Of a stretch of DNA of 64,000 nt, positions 20,204 to 30,259 are shown in pieces; position 1 is the first letter of the stretch, and each line of letters opens with the position of its first letter. A program made the position numbers and the translations under genes. Below the pieces are notes generated by a model, which saw only the letters and a list, made by a program, of their open reading frames with translations, made no database searches and had not been told where the DNA came from. The stretch lies in the IMG/VR virus record IMGVR_UViG_2576861453_000002. One strand, 5' to 3'. The DNA comes from a virus (lineage: Duplodnaviria; Caudoviricetes).

Positions 20204-21193
20204 TTAATAAATGCGGATTATTGACATATCGATGTGAGCTGAGCTTGTTACAGTAGAGCCACTATCTTGATAAACATACAAAGATACGGCCCGACCCTGT
20301 GTTAAATATACAGCACATGTTAGTTCAAATATCATATCAATGGGCCAGTAATCCTTTGATGTCTGCCCTATAACGGCCTGCGCACTAGGAGAGGTTGAGC
20401 TATCAATTTTAAGGTACACGCTCGCCGTGGCTGGCGGACCTGAAAATCTTATGTGTGCTGTGAACAGGTAATAACCTTCTTTGGGGGCAGTGTAATTTCC
20501 GCTTGAGTATGCATTTTCAGTATCAACAACTTTCGTAGAAAAGGTCACTTTCTTAAATGTTGTATTGGGAATTGATAAACCAGACGATGTCTCTTTAAGA
20601 ATAACCAATCCTTTGGACGTGTCGCCCGTTCCGCCTTGTGAAATACTGAGTGGGATCGTAAGTCCTGATAGGGATGTAATGTCGGAATTGTCGCCCGCTG
20701 ATGCTTTCCCATCAAGTTCAGTTTTATCAGCTTTTTTATCTAACTCAGTATTGAAAACATCAGAGCCAATTTTATCATTAATAGAGTCGGTGATTTCGGC
20801 CATGCTTTTAATTGTGACTTGAGTACCGTCCGGCGCGGTCAGTGTAATGTCCCCTGCCCCGGTTAAAATCTGCTGCCAGCCGTCCAATTGCGATTGATAA
20901 AATGCTAATTGAGCAGATAAGCGGCGGGCAAAATCAGGAACGGAGTCAACGTAAAAAGAGAGTATCGCATAGGGCTGGTCAGTCAATGCTTCTCCCGGCG
21001 AAGTTACCAGCCTGAGCTGAGTGTTACTGTCAACCGCTTGAATTTCATAAGCGCGAACTGAACCTGAACCTGGTACCAGCAAAATCTGCCCAGGCCCGAT
21101 ACCATAAACATTATTGGCCCATTGCGTCCCTGTACCTGTCACGACAGTTGAGCTTTCCTCAGCATTTATTGTTCCTGCTTTATACCATGCCAT
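20204..21193 (-). CDS. Short tail fibre with a C1q-like C-terminal domain
   Basis: MAWYKAGTI..VTGTGTQW N-terminus, GDNSDITSLSGL..QGGTG motif, YTAPKEGYYLFTA. Confidence 0.8.
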   Translation of the reverse strand: MAWYKAGTINAEESSTVVTGTGTQWANNVYGIGPGQILLVPGSGSVRAYEIQAVDSNTQLRLVTSPGEALTDQPYAILSFYVDSVPDFARRLSAQLAFYQSQLDGWQQILTGAGDITLTAPDGTQVTIKSMAEITDSINDKIGSDVFNTELDKKADKTELDGKASAGDNSDITSLSGLTIPLSISQGGTGDTSKGLVILKETSSGLSIPNTTFKKVTFSTKVVDTENAYSSGNYTAPKEGYYLFTAHIRFSGPPATASVYLKIDSSTSPSAQAVIGQTSKDYWPIDMIFELTCAVYLTQGRAVSLYVYQDSGSTVTSSAHIDMSIIRIY

Positions 21194-21202
21194 GCGTTGA
21201 CC

Positions 21203-21880
21203 TTATTGAAGTGAAAATTGATAGTTATCGTCATAAAATTGGGTTTCTATATAAAGCGACTTAGTCATTGATACAGGTAAATCCGGCGCACCGCCATTGT
21301 ATTGGGCAACAAAATAAACCACTGGCGCGATTCCATCCGACGCCCCCATCCAATTATAAAAAATCGTCACACCAATGTTGGGATCACCCGGGGAAGTCGG
21401 CTGATTCACTGCATACGAAAATCCGGAATACGCAGCGGCAGAAAAACCGCTAAGTCCGTTGATGTTATCGACCCGTTTTATCTGTAATGGCAATGACGTG
21501 CCCGTATAGATGCATTTGCCTGACGCATCATAGAAGGCAATGCCCCAGCCAGAAGGATTAGGAACGTAATTACCAAACACATACAAACGGAAACCATAAG
21601 TTCCGCTGGGGGTGCTATTATCTAGTATGACGTTAGCCACCCATTCAGAATTGTTAATTTCTAATGATGTCAGTGCCCCGACTTTATTGTCTGAGGTTGC
21701 CTTGATAAAAAGGATTGCTCGTTGACTCGATGGGATACCCGTTGCGTAGCTTTGTGTTATTCCTCCAGTCTGTGCGGTGACGGTCAAGTCAATGACTTTA
21801 ACCAATACCATAGGGGTATATTGTGGCGACGCAAAAAAACTGCCGTCCTGTCGCCAAATTTCCATACCATAATTTGCCAT
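21203..21880 (-). CDS. Tail tip accessory protein
   Basis: YGMEIW and WGIAFYDASGKCIY repeats typical of genes following J. Confidence 0.6.
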   Translation of the reverse strand: MANYGMEIWRQDGSFFASPQYTPMVLVKVIDLTVTAQTGGITQSYATGIPSSQRAILFIKATSDNKVGALTSLEINNSEWVANVILDNSTPSGTYGFRLYVFGNYVPNPSGWGIAFYDASGKCIYTGTSLPLQIKRVDNINGLSGFSAAAYSGFSYAVNQPTSPGDPNIGVTIFYNWMGASDGIAPVVYFVAQYNGGAPDLPVSMTKSLYIETQFYDDNYQFSLQ

Positions 21881-21882
21881 AT

Positions 21883-22161
21883 TTATCCCGCATACACTAC
21901 CAGTTGAACATAAGCGGCATTCAAATTAGACCACGTAATGGTACTACCATTGATCGATACATTGGGTTGGTTAGCTGCTGCAAACCCATTTCTAGAAATT
22001 AACTCATATGTGAGTGTTTTATCGGGCGGAATGTCATATGACCTGTTGCCTGACGTTCCTCCGTTGTAATCCACGATATCCATTAAATACGTTGGTAGAA
22101 ACGAATTCACGACATCATAATCCGAGTTGTTGACGTAAATACTCGCACCGAATTCAGCCAT
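21883..22161 (-). CDS. Small tail tip accessory protein
   Basis: Coupled to J; ends VSINGSTITW..LVVY. Confidence 0.6.
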   Translation of the reverse strand: MAEFGASIYVNNSDYDVVNSFLPTYLMDIVDYNGGTSGNRSYDIPPDKTLTYELISRNGFAAANQPNVSINGSTITWSNLNAAYVQLVVYAG

Positions 22162-25100
22162 TATTCTAAGTTTCCTATCTTGACTCGAATCGCATTATTT
22201 CCATCATAAACGCTGATTTTATGCGGCTCGATAGTCAGTCTCCCACCGGAGCCACCATTAATCTGAAAGTCTCCATCTTTAGTTAATTTCCAACCACTCT
22301 GCAGATCCACAAAATTTGTGGATTGAATATAGTTACCAATTTTCGCGTTAGTGATGCTTGCGTCTTCAATGTAAGCGCTATTTATGAAAACCTGACCACC
22401 TTGTGCGACAAAGGCCAAATCATAAGTTCCACTGTTAGCGTTGTAAATCCCGAATTGATCAGCATTGAACAGCACCAAGCTTTTTACTACCGAGCCGTTA
22501 GCCTCCGCTCCGATAGACATACCTGCGCCATAGTACGTCCCATTCAAGTTGACCCCTGCCTTTACGCTATAGATTGCGCTTCCAGTGCCATCAGCATTAA
22601 AAACTGTCGTGGCCTTGGTTTCGATTGAGGCTTCATTTGCATTAAGCCTTGCCGTAACTAACTGCTGGTATTCGGCGAAAGCGCTGTTTGCATCAGCTTG
22701 GGCAGTTCTGACTTCAACTATCCCTGCGCGATTTTCCCCGTACTGCTGCCATTTTTGATAAACATCGGCATCATTGGCTAAAGCATTTTCGATAATGGCG
22801 TCTGTATTGGTATCTATCTGACCAATAAGCTGGGCATATGTTTCGCTCTGCTTAATACTGTTATCGATATAGTCGATCATTCCGGCGGGATCGCTGTCAA
22901 CTTCTCCTCTTGCCTCAACAAAGATTGATTTACCATAAGCATTTACACTTCGCACATAAAACCAGTAAGTAATCCCCGGCTTTAAGCTATCCTTTATCCA
23001 ATATGTCGCCGTTCCGAGATAATCTGCCTCAGATTCGATGTCATTTATATTGATAATTTCTTCACTCGAAAACCAAAACTCAAATTGAGTCCCGTAAATT
23101 TTCGGCGCTGAAATATGAGGGGTTATGGTTATCTGAAAGAAACCCCCTTCTACTTCTATGGAAGTGGGCGCAGCGGGGGCGCCTATTACCATCTCAACCT
23201 GAGTCTCATCCCCAAGTCTACCCTGTTCATCCCTGCCACGTACGCCTACCAAGTAATCACCAACGTCTAGCCCATTGAAATAGTATTCAAGTTCAGCAGT
23301 GTTGCCCTTACTGACAAGCTTTGTTTCTCTGTATAGGGTGACATCAAACGTAATATTTCGGTTTACCGTTGCCGTGGTCCACGTGATTTTAGCCTGAGCC
23401 AAGGTACTGTCATTGATAGGGATAACCGTCAGATGCTCGATTGCAGGTATTTTGGTCGTGTTGTTTGTGGTTGGGTCTCCTTCAAATTGCGCCCCTTCAT
23501 CCACTACAGACTCTTTTTGTGGCTCATGCTGTAAAGCCGTTACCGTGTAGGTTCCATCGTCTGTATTCTCAGCAATCGCCATGATGCGGAAATAGCGAGT
23601 TGCCAGGGTGGACTTAGATAGTGTGAAAATACCCCATTTCTTTATACCTGCCGGCTCGCTTTCCAAGGTGATTATGCTGTCATTTGATTGGCCTATGACA
23701 CGGATCTTCACCAACTTAGCCAAATCATTCAGATAAGAAAAATACGCTGTTTCATCGGCTGCAAGTTCTAAAGGCGCATCTAAGGTAACCTGCCGCCCGG
23801 TGAAGGCAATAACACGACCGCCCATTCTCGCGCTGGCGTAGTCATTATCTGCCACGGTGATTATATCGCCCGGCAGCCCCACTAATCCCTCACGCCCCGC
23901 ATCGAAAACCACAGTTTGGGTTTCTAATTGTTCGGTCTTGAGGATCCAGCGTCCAACCCTATTCGCCTGCCCACGCGACGTGCATCCGAAAGCTGTGACT
24001 TTGGTCACATTGAGCCCGTAGCGCGCTATCAGCGTGTCGTCAGAGACATACTCAATATCAGAAGACCAGCCGTTGTCCGGGTTAACCCATTCCACTTGAA
24101 TAGCGGTATGGCGTGCCTTGCGCGCACTAGAGGAGTATTTGAAAGTCCCATCAACGACATTTGCGTTAGTGTATTGCCAGACAGGATCGGATGGTCTGTC
24201 CTGAACGCAAGTCATCTGTAGACCATCCCAGATAGGCATGCCCCGGAAGCACGATGACAGGTCATAGAGCACATCGTATGCCTGCCGTTGATCGGTAATG
24301 TAAACGTTGCAAGTGAAACGAGGTTCTTGACCTCCGTACCCATCATCAACCAACACATCGCAATATTGGGCTACGGCAAACATGGCGAACTTATCACATC
24401 CAAAGCTCCCCAGTCGTTTCCCCAGCCCGTAACGCTCGTTAGTCACAAGGTCATAGAAAACCCATGCCGGATTGTTGGTCCATGCCAGCTTAAAACCCCC
24501 TGACCAAATTCCTGAATAGGTTCGCGTGTCAGGGTCGTAATTGTCCGGCACATTGACCATCAAGCCCTTCATGTCATAAGTCCGGGTGGGTATGCCGCTG
24601 AACTGCCCTGTATAATCAATCGTGGTGCCGACTACTACGCTATTGGGGTAATTAAGCTTGGCGTCGATAATTTCCGTATAGCTGCTAAAATACGTGGAAT
24701 TTTGAAGCTTGCTTGAAGTGCTATCCGGCTCAACTCGCACCAGCCTAAACGACCAAGGCGTATAACCGGGCGCATCGATAATGTGCGATTCGAGATACTG
24801 CCCACTGATTTTACCGTCGATATTCACCGTCTCTTCAGTGATCCACTGTTCGCTCTGGTTCTGAACCTGAATCATGATATTGACGCTGGTATAGCCCAAG
24901 TTGCCGTCATCGTCCTGTTCTACTAACGATTGAACTCCAAGCGTTACACGCACCCTGTCAACATCGCTATCGGTAACTGTTTTTACAATGGGCGAAGCCT
25001 GTAGCAGGACCGTGCTGACCCCCACCTCATTTTCAATATCAGAGTAACCGGGCAGATATGTTTGGTCCTGCGTCCCAGGCGTCCAGCTTGCATCCACGCC

Positions 25101-25289
25101 TGAGAAATTGGCGTTACCGTTGGAATCAAGCACGGGCGTGTCGTTTAGGTAAAAGGATTTCAGTCCATCAACAGGCCCGTAAATTGGCCCCTCAGATATG
25201 AGGTCGACAATTTGCAAACGTTGAGTTGATTTGAGATTGTCCGCTTTTTCTGTTGGAGTGCTTGCGCTACTGCTGCTTCCGCCACCCAT
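22161..25289 (-). CDS. J: Central tail tip / host specificity protein J
   Basis: DLISEGPI.G, YSGIWSGGFKLAWTNNPAW, AFGCTSRGQA.R, SITNAKIGNYIQS. Confidence 0.95.
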   Translation of the reverse strand: MGGGSSSSASTPTEKADNLKSTQRLQIVDLISEGPIYGPVDGLKSFYLNDTPVLDSNGNANFSGVDASWTPGTQDQTYLPGYSDIENEVGVSTVLLQASPIVKTVTDSDVDRVRVTLGVQSLVEQDDDGNLGYTSVNIMIQVQNQSEQWITEETVNIDGKISGQYLESHIIDAPGYTPWSFRLVRVEPDSTSSKLQNSTYFSSYTEIIDAKLNYPNSVVVGTTIDYTGQFSGIPTRTYDMKGLMVNVPDNYDPDTRTYSGIWSGGFKLAWTNNPAWVFYDLVTNERYGLGKRLGSFGCDKFAMFAVAQYCDVLVDDGYGGQEPRFTCNVYITDQRQAYDVLYDLSSCFRGMPIWDGLQMTCVQDRPSDPVWQYTNANVVDGTFKYSSSARKARHTAIQVEWVNPDNGWSSDIEYVSDDTLIARYGLNVTKVTAFGCTSRGQANRVGRWILKTEQLETQTVVFDAGREGLVGLPGDIITVADNDYASARMGGRVIAFTGRQVTLDAPLELAADETAYFSYLNDLAKLVKIRVIGQSNDSIITLESEPAGIKKWGIFTLSKSTLATRYFRIMAIAENTDDGTYTVTALQHEPQKESVVDEGAQFEGDPTTNNTTKIPAIEHLTVIPINDSTLAQAKITWTTATVNRNITFDVTLYRETKLVSKGNTAELEYYFNGLDVGDYLVGVRGRDEQGRLGDETQVEMVIGAPAAPTSIEVEGGFFQITITPHISAPKIYGTQFEFWFSSEEIININDIESEADYLGTATYWIKDSLKPGITYWFYVRSVNAYGKSIFVEARGEVDSDPAGMIDYIDNSIKQSETYAQLIGQIDTNTDAIIENALANDADVYQKWQQYGENRAGIVEVRTAQADANSAFAEYQQLVTARLNANEASIETKATTVFNADGTGSAIYSVKAGVNLNGTYYGAGMSIGAEANGSVVKSLVLFNADQFGIYNANSGTYDLAFVAQGGQVFINSAYIEDASITNAKIGNYIQSTNFVDLQSGWKLTKDGDFQINGGSGGRLTIEPHKISVYDGNNAIRVKIGNLE

Positions 25290-25453
25290 GTTTTACTCCC
25301 ATTAAATAAAGCTCGCTGAATCGAGCCGATGACTGATCAAATATCAGGATTTACTTATGTAGTGTAAGGTTTACGTTAAGTGTTCGGCTCGCCCATGTGA
25401 GTGTGGACACGCTTATCACTGGGTGAATGGTTGGAAGCTGAGTTAGGAAAATT

Positions 25454-25675
25454 ATGCAAATTCATTCAAAAGCGACAGATGACGGCAGAATGATTGCTTT
25501 ACAAGTTGCTTTCACTGCTTTGGTTGACCTATGGGGAAGGGATAGACCCGAACTTAAAAAAAAATTAATCAGCTTTTTAGAGGAAACGGGGATGGACCCT
25601 GAAAATAAACGTTCATCTGCTGCATTCTATGAGCTTATCGAAATGATAAGGGCACTCGAAGAACGACGCGGATAG
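25454..25675 (+). CDS. Small hypothetical moron protein
   Basis: AGGA RBS; opposite strand to the tail operon. Confidence 0.6.
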   Translation: MQIHSKATDDGRMIALQVAFTALVDLWGRDRPELKKKLISFLEETGMDPENKRSSAAFYELIEMIRALEERRG

Positions 25676-25806
25676 TGCCATCAGGGTTACGAATAGTGAC
25701 CCTTCTTTTTTCTAAATCATATCTTGTTTTTTTCTTTTTCATATTCTCTCCTGTGTTTCGGGCCATAAAAAAACCCGCCGAGGCGGGTCAGTTATGGTGT
25801 TTGTAG

Positions 25807-26154
25807 TTAGGGGTACTGTATCAATCCATAATCAGTTTGGGCCTCAAACTCTACGGTAAGAAGCCGGTTTTTTCTGTCTAGATCCCACGTGAAGTCTTTC
25901 AGTCCGGTGACGCCATCTATTGCTAAAATTTCGGCTCGTAGGGCATTTATAGCGCCGTTAATTGTCAGATGTTTGCCCAATATGGACTGAAAATATGGCG
26001 TTCCAAAGTCTGCATCTAGGAACCATTCACCGCGAAACAGTGACAGCCGAAATTCTATCTGCTGTCTAACTCGTTCGGCACCATCCACATATTGCAAATC
26101 GCCACTTTGAAACACGATTTTCCCATCTGTAATTTTGATATCAATCATAGTCAT
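25807..26154 (-). CDS. gp25/XkdS-like contractile-tail baseplate protein
   Basis: VRQQIEFRLSLFRGEWFLDADFGTPYFQSILGK..ILAIDGV..RLLTVEFEAQTDYG. Confidence 0.7.
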   Translation of the reverse strand: MTMIDIKITDGKIVFQSGDLQYVDGAERVRQQIEFRLSLFRGEWFLDADFGTPYFQSILGKHLTINGAINALRAEILAIDGVTGLKDFTWDLDRKNRLLTVEFEAQTDYGLIQYP

Positions 26155-26191
26155 CCCGGCAATAAAAAGCCCACCTGGGTGGGCTTCGGCA

Positions 26192-26470
26192 TTACCAATA
26201 GTAAACATGGGGTTTGCTGTTACCGAGCGGGAAAGCGACTCCATCGTAGTCACGACACCCTTGCATAATGGCACGGCACAAGGCTTTGTTCTTGCGCCGG
26301 CGTGGGCGATTCATGAACAGATTTACCCACCAGCCGGGACTGTTGCCATAGTTAACAGGCCGGCGCGAGTATGGTACGAACTCCCGACTTTTAACCCCTG
26401 GATAAACCGTGTAAAGAGGGCGAATTTTACCATCGCCCATGCGGTCTTTTACTTTGTTTTTTATGGACAT
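26192..26470 (-). CDS. Small basic hypothetical protein
   Basis: GGAG RBS; PGWW...RPRRR...KPHVYYW; terminator follows. Confidence 0.7.
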   Translation of the reverse strand: MSIKNKVKDRMGDGKIRPLYTVYPGVKSREFVPYSRRPVNYGNSPGWWVNLFMNRPRRRKNKALCRAIMQGCRDYDGVAFPLGNSKPHVYYW

Positions 26471-26522
26471 TTTAGGCTCCTATAAGTTACCTAAAAAATG
26501 TCCTCCGCGTAGTAGTACATTG

Positions 26523-26753
26523 TCAGTCCTTATGCTTAAGCTCTGCCCTGCGTTCCTGCATATTCGCACCGAAATGTTGACGTTGGTTCCCACACATCCA
26601 GCATGAACAACGACAAGGTGTATGATAAGCCACGCCTGCGTTTCTAGGCGTAACCTGTCCAAATTGGCAGAAGCCAGAACTATTGTATTGGCCTCGTTTA
26701 GCCTTTAACCGCTTTTGATGGTGCCGTCGAAGGGCACGATTTCTGTTTGTCAT
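26523..26753 (-). CDS. Small basic Cys-rich protein
   Basis: GGGAG RBS; Arg-rich N-terminus; PCRCSCWMCGN motif. Confidence 0.7.
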   Translation of the reverse strand: MTNRNRALRRHHQKRLKAKRGQYNSSGFCQFGQVTPRNAGVAYHTPCRCSCWMCGNQRQHFGANMQERRAELKHKD

Positions 26754-26877
26754 TTCGTAACTCCCGAGTTAAAACAGGAGCGGCCACACCTTCGCATGAC
26801 CGCCTGAACGGGAGTTCAGAATGATTAAGTTGTCTGTTCATAAGATGCCACCTTCATACTGGATAGCACTGCATCGA

Positions 26878-27249
26878 TTAGCTCAGCTTGCGTAATTCCG
26901 CAGCGACCGAAAGAACATCGTGAATTCCTTGAGCGGCCTCCACTACATAGTCAGCCAGCCCCGGCACAGGCGTGATTGTCACCCCATTCATCTCAAGGAA
27001 AATCATTGCGCTCGCAATTGCAGTCCTTTTGTTCGCATCGTTAAATCCATGGCCCCGTGCTATCGCCAGGAGTAATGCTGCCGCAAGTTCAAAAGGGTCG
27101 TTTTTTTGGTCGTAAACGTGTAGATTTTCCACGCGAGCAACCATCCCCTCAACCAAACCGATATCGCGGTAACCACTAAGGCCGCCAAACTCCTCTAACT
27201 GTCTATCGTGGATAGCTATCACCTGCTCTACAGTTAGAAAAAAAATCAT
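26878..27249 (-). CDS. doc: Doc toxin (Fic/Doc family)
   Basis: HGFNDANKRTA Doc-type motif; overlaps phd. Confidence 0.93.
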   Translation of the reverse strand: MIFFLTVEQVIAIHDRQLEEFGGLSGYRDIGLVEGMVARVENLHVYDQKNDPFELAAALLLAIARGHGFNDANKRTAIASAMIFLEMNGVTITPVPGLADYVVEAAQGIHDVLSVAAELRKLS

Positions 27250-27470
27250 TTATCGGCCAGTTCTTCAAACAGTGCCTTGCTCTCAGGCTTGCTCATGACT
27301 CGGCCCAAAGCGGCATCAAATTTAGCCTGCTGCAAGGCGGCAAACTGTTCTGCACTGATAACCACCACATCAGGAGCCGTGCGTCGAGTGATGGTAACCG
27401 GCTGCTCGTTAGCTTTATCCAGCACATCGGCAAGCTTTGCTCTAGCGTCCGAATACGTGAATGTGATCAT
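27246..27470 (-). CDS. phd: Phd antitoxin
   Basis: TFTYSDARAKLADVLD..PVTITRR..VVISAEQF. Confidence 0.93.
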   Translation of the reverse strand: MITFTYSDARAKLADVLDKANEQPVTITRRTAPDVVVISAEQFAALQQAKFDAALGRVMSKPESKALFEELADK

Positions 27471-27623
27471 GTGATTTAACTCCGCTGGATACGAAAACTA
27501 CTCTTCAATTGTACAACTCAAGTGAGTGAGGCGTCAAATTGAGCAGCCGTATGCGTCAACTGTGCATGCGATCATCCTCTTTTGCACCTATCACCGCGTC
27601 GTCAACTCTGGATAAAATAAAAA

Positions 27624-28544
27624 TCATTGGATACTCGCATTATCTTTATTAGGTATATTATTTGAGACAGGAGAGTAATTTACTATTAGAGTAATCCCAT
27701 TCTTTTTATCCAATGACATGAATATACTAGTCACGTCACTATATTCGTCAGCACCCCATAAATATAAGACATTAGTTATTTTACCTAAGTTACCTCTAAA
27801 TCCTCCTATTTCTGAGGCCATCTTTTTAAAATTAACTGTGTTATATGGGTATCTAGCCACAACAGAATCCAAGTATCCCTCAAAACCGCAATATTCGACA
27901 TCTGATAATGAATTTATTGTTTTGAATAACTCTTCTTTTTGCAATACAAAACATGACTCGCCATTATTTTTTTGTTTTCCATTTTTTAGATTTAAAACAA
28001 GTTCATTTGTTAATTTTCCGAAGGGATATGTCCCGACCAGTGTCACGAATGGTAAGTTTTCAGGGGCACCTCTCCATTTTGAACCATCTAAATTGAATTT
28101 GAATTGTGTTGGCCCCTCTCTATAAACGGGGACCTCCACTATCATTGTTTTAGATAAATAAATACTCTCTGCGAATCCTCTAGGCTCTTCAACTGCTGCA
28201 ACATTCGAGTTATCTTTTCCGATTCTAAGGTTTAGTTCAATTATATTCCCATTATCAAATTTAGCATGAGCCTTACAGTTATCTTCTTGTTGGCAAAAAA
28301 ATTGGCCTTTCGTTAAGAAAAATCCTGATTTTTTCGTTATTTTATCATCTTGGCTTATCATAACAATGCTTAGTTTTGAACCGCCATTATATGGAAATTG
28401 GAACTCTTTTGAATTAAGCGATTCTAGATAGGCTGAATATTCTCTTACCCCCCTCATTTCATCTTTAGTTTCTTTATAATCCCAAGCATCCACCCGAATA
28501 GAAATAAAAAACAAGACTAGAGTTAATAAGTTAATTATCTTCAT
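27624..28544 (-). CDS. Exported hypothetical moron protein
   Basis: Signal peptide ending VDA-W; AT-rich. Confidence 0.75.
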   Translation of the reverse strand: MKIINLLTLVLFFISIRVDAWDYKETKDEMRGVREYSAYLESLNSKEFQFPYNGGSKLSIVMISQDDKITKKSGFFLTKGQFFCQQEDNCKAHAKFDNGNIIELNLRIGKDNSNVAAVEEPRGFAESIYLSKTMIVEVPVYREGPTQFKFNLDGSKWRGAPENLPFVTLVGTYPFGKLTNELVLNLKNGKQKNNGESCFVLQKEELFKTINSLSDVEYCGFEGYLDSVVARYPYNTVNFKKMASEIGGFRGNLGKITNVLYLWGADEYSDVTSIFMSLDKKNGITLIVNYSPVSNNIPNKDNASIQ

Positions 28545-28592
28545 TTTAATGGCCCACCTATGGCATCACATCACGAAAACTCATAGATTTTT

Positions 28593-28925
28593 TCACAGAC
28601 AGTTACGCGCTGACTCAAGCCACCCATCAGCCAACCACACCGGTTGCAGGTGCGTCCGCACCACTGAACCGCTGTCTGTTTTATCGACATCGGTGAGCGC
28701 TATAACACCAGTAAATGTAACGCTCACTGAAATTCTATAGCCATTCTCAGTCTCGATGCTCGTTGTCGCTGGATTAAGCCTTTGCCATGCGGGAGCAAGA
28801 CATAGTGCATACTCTCTCGGTGTTTTTGATGTTTTGACTTCCAGGGCGGGTTTTTTGTTTTCCAAGCCAGACATTGAGCATCCCGTCAAAACAATGACAG
28901 CCAGACACAACAAAGATATTTTCAT
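28593..28925 (-). CDS. Lipoprotein moron
   Basis: Lipobox LTGC at residue 16. Confidence 0.8.
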   Translation of the reverse strand: MKISLLCLAVIVLTGCSMSGLENKKPALEVKTSKTPREYALCLAPAWQRLNPATTSIETENGYRISVSVTFTGVIALTDVDKTDSGSVVRTHLQPVWLADGWLESARNCL

Positions 28926-29006
28926 TGATAACCCTTACCGTTACATTTCGCAACAGCATATCACCAGACAAAAGTAACGTAACGCAAATTGTAAGTAAGC
29001 TTGCGA

Positions 29007-29570
29007 TCAACTCTTGTCAGTTATCAACCCTTGGGAAATAACATGAGACCCCACGCGCATCCTGCCGTAAAGCAACGGCACCGGGTCGCCCTGTCCCACA
29101 ACGTTTTCTAGTGAGCTAAAGTAGTTGTTCGCTTCGCCATTGTCGGCGTTCGAGGACGAGCTGGTCTTCGGGGTTCGAGTAAGCATCTGGGCTACGCCGC
29201 CAGCCATCAATCCAATGCCTGTTGCAATTAAGGGCGCGCCAAATGGAGTGCCCGATAACCAAACCCCCACGGCGACTAACGCAGTCCCCAGAATGGTCTG
29301 AAACAAGCCACCACTCTTTGCCCCGGCCACCACCGGCGTGATCCGCACCTCGGTATCTTTCCCAATTTTGGCGTGCATACCCTTTTCAAGCGTATCCATA
29401 CTCAGGCTTTTTTTGCCTACCCGGACCCGATAACGCCCCTCGCTTATGTGCTGGCGTAAGCCGGGAATTTGAATTAACAGTCCTCGCAGCGCTTCCGCTC
29501 CAGTATCTACGACCATGTCGAAGTGAGAACCAAATCGTTTGAGATCCCCGTCAAATCGGACTCGTGCCAT
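29007..29570 (-). CDS. I: Tail assembly protein I
   Basis: ITPVVAGAKSGGLFQTILG, QGDPVPLLYGRMRVGS. Confidence 0.93.
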   Translation of the reverse strand: MARVRFDGDLKRFGSHFDMVVDTGAEALRGLLIQIPGLRQHISEGRYRVRVGKKSLSMDTLEKGMHAKIGKDTEVRITPVVAGAKSGGLFQTILGTALVAVGVWLSGTPFGAPLIATGIGLMAGGVAQMLTRTPKTSSSSNADNGEANNYFSSLENVVGQGDPVPLLYGRMRVGSHVISQGLITDKS

Positions 29571-30250
29571 TTATCATATCTCCAGGTGGAATGGGTGATT
29601 TTTTTCCAGAAACCCCCGTAGCAATCACGCTTACTCAGGGTATTAGGTCGTTGGTGCAAGATAAGCTGTTCACCGATGTAAATTGCCGAATGCGTCGCTT
29701 TTGGTACCGTCTGGCCGGCAAGGTCAAGGCACATCAGAAAGACATCTCCCGGCAGAACTTCGGCGTCGTCAGCAAGTCGCGTAAAGCCGTTGGCGGCCAT
29801 ATTGGCGATGTATAAATCCTCCTCGCCTTTCCACCAGCCATCGTTACGCTCGAAATAAGGTAGTTCGTGGCCGCAGAGGTGATAGGCGTCTCGCATTAGC
29901 GTGTAGCAGTCCATAACGCCATGCTCAAACGTACGCCCTATCAGGCGCGGTACGTTGCGAAATTTCCGTATCTCTTCATCACATACAAGCCACCATGGCA
30001 AACCACTTCGACGCTGTGCTATCCGGTCTGCCTCACTGAGAAATGGGTTCCCGTCAGGATGACTATGTACAATGGCTTCTATCTCGCCCTTGTCTTCTGC
30101 CGCAGCCCAACTAACAGGGTCTATCTCAAAATGATTATCCGGGTCGGCTGCAATGTTTCTGCAAGGAAAATACTGGCCCGCTACAATCAAACCGCAGCAC
30201 TCAGCCGGAGCGCATGCCTCAGCATGAGCTAAAATGTCATCGTCTATCAT
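29507..30250 (-). CDS. K: Tail assembly protein K (JAB plus NlpC/P60)
   Basis: PAECCG, VHSHP, GVMDCYTL.RD.Y. Confidence 0.93.
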   Translation of the reverse strand: MIDDDILAHAEACAPAECCGLIVAGQYFPCRNIAADPDNHFEIDPVSWAAAEDKGEIEAIVHSHPDGNPFLSEADRIAQRRSGLPWWLVCDEEIRKFRNVPRLIGRTFEHGVMDCYTLMRDAYHLCGHELPYFERNDGWWKGEEDLYIANMAANGFTRLADDAEVLPGDVFLMCLDLAGQTVPKATHSAIYIGEQLILHQRPNTLSKRDCYGGFWKKITHSTWRYDKWHESDLTGISNDLVLTSTWS

Positions 30251-30259
30251 GAGGGCCTG

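Noticed and set aside
16921-25289. DGR or invertible tail-fibre switch
   Set aside because: No reverse transcriptase, invertase or template repeat seen in the window.
25635-25742. 35-aa minus-strand ORF resembling the J C-terminus (RVTIRNPDGTIRV)
   Set aside because: It has an RBS but is too short to support, and it overlaps the 25454..25675 gene.
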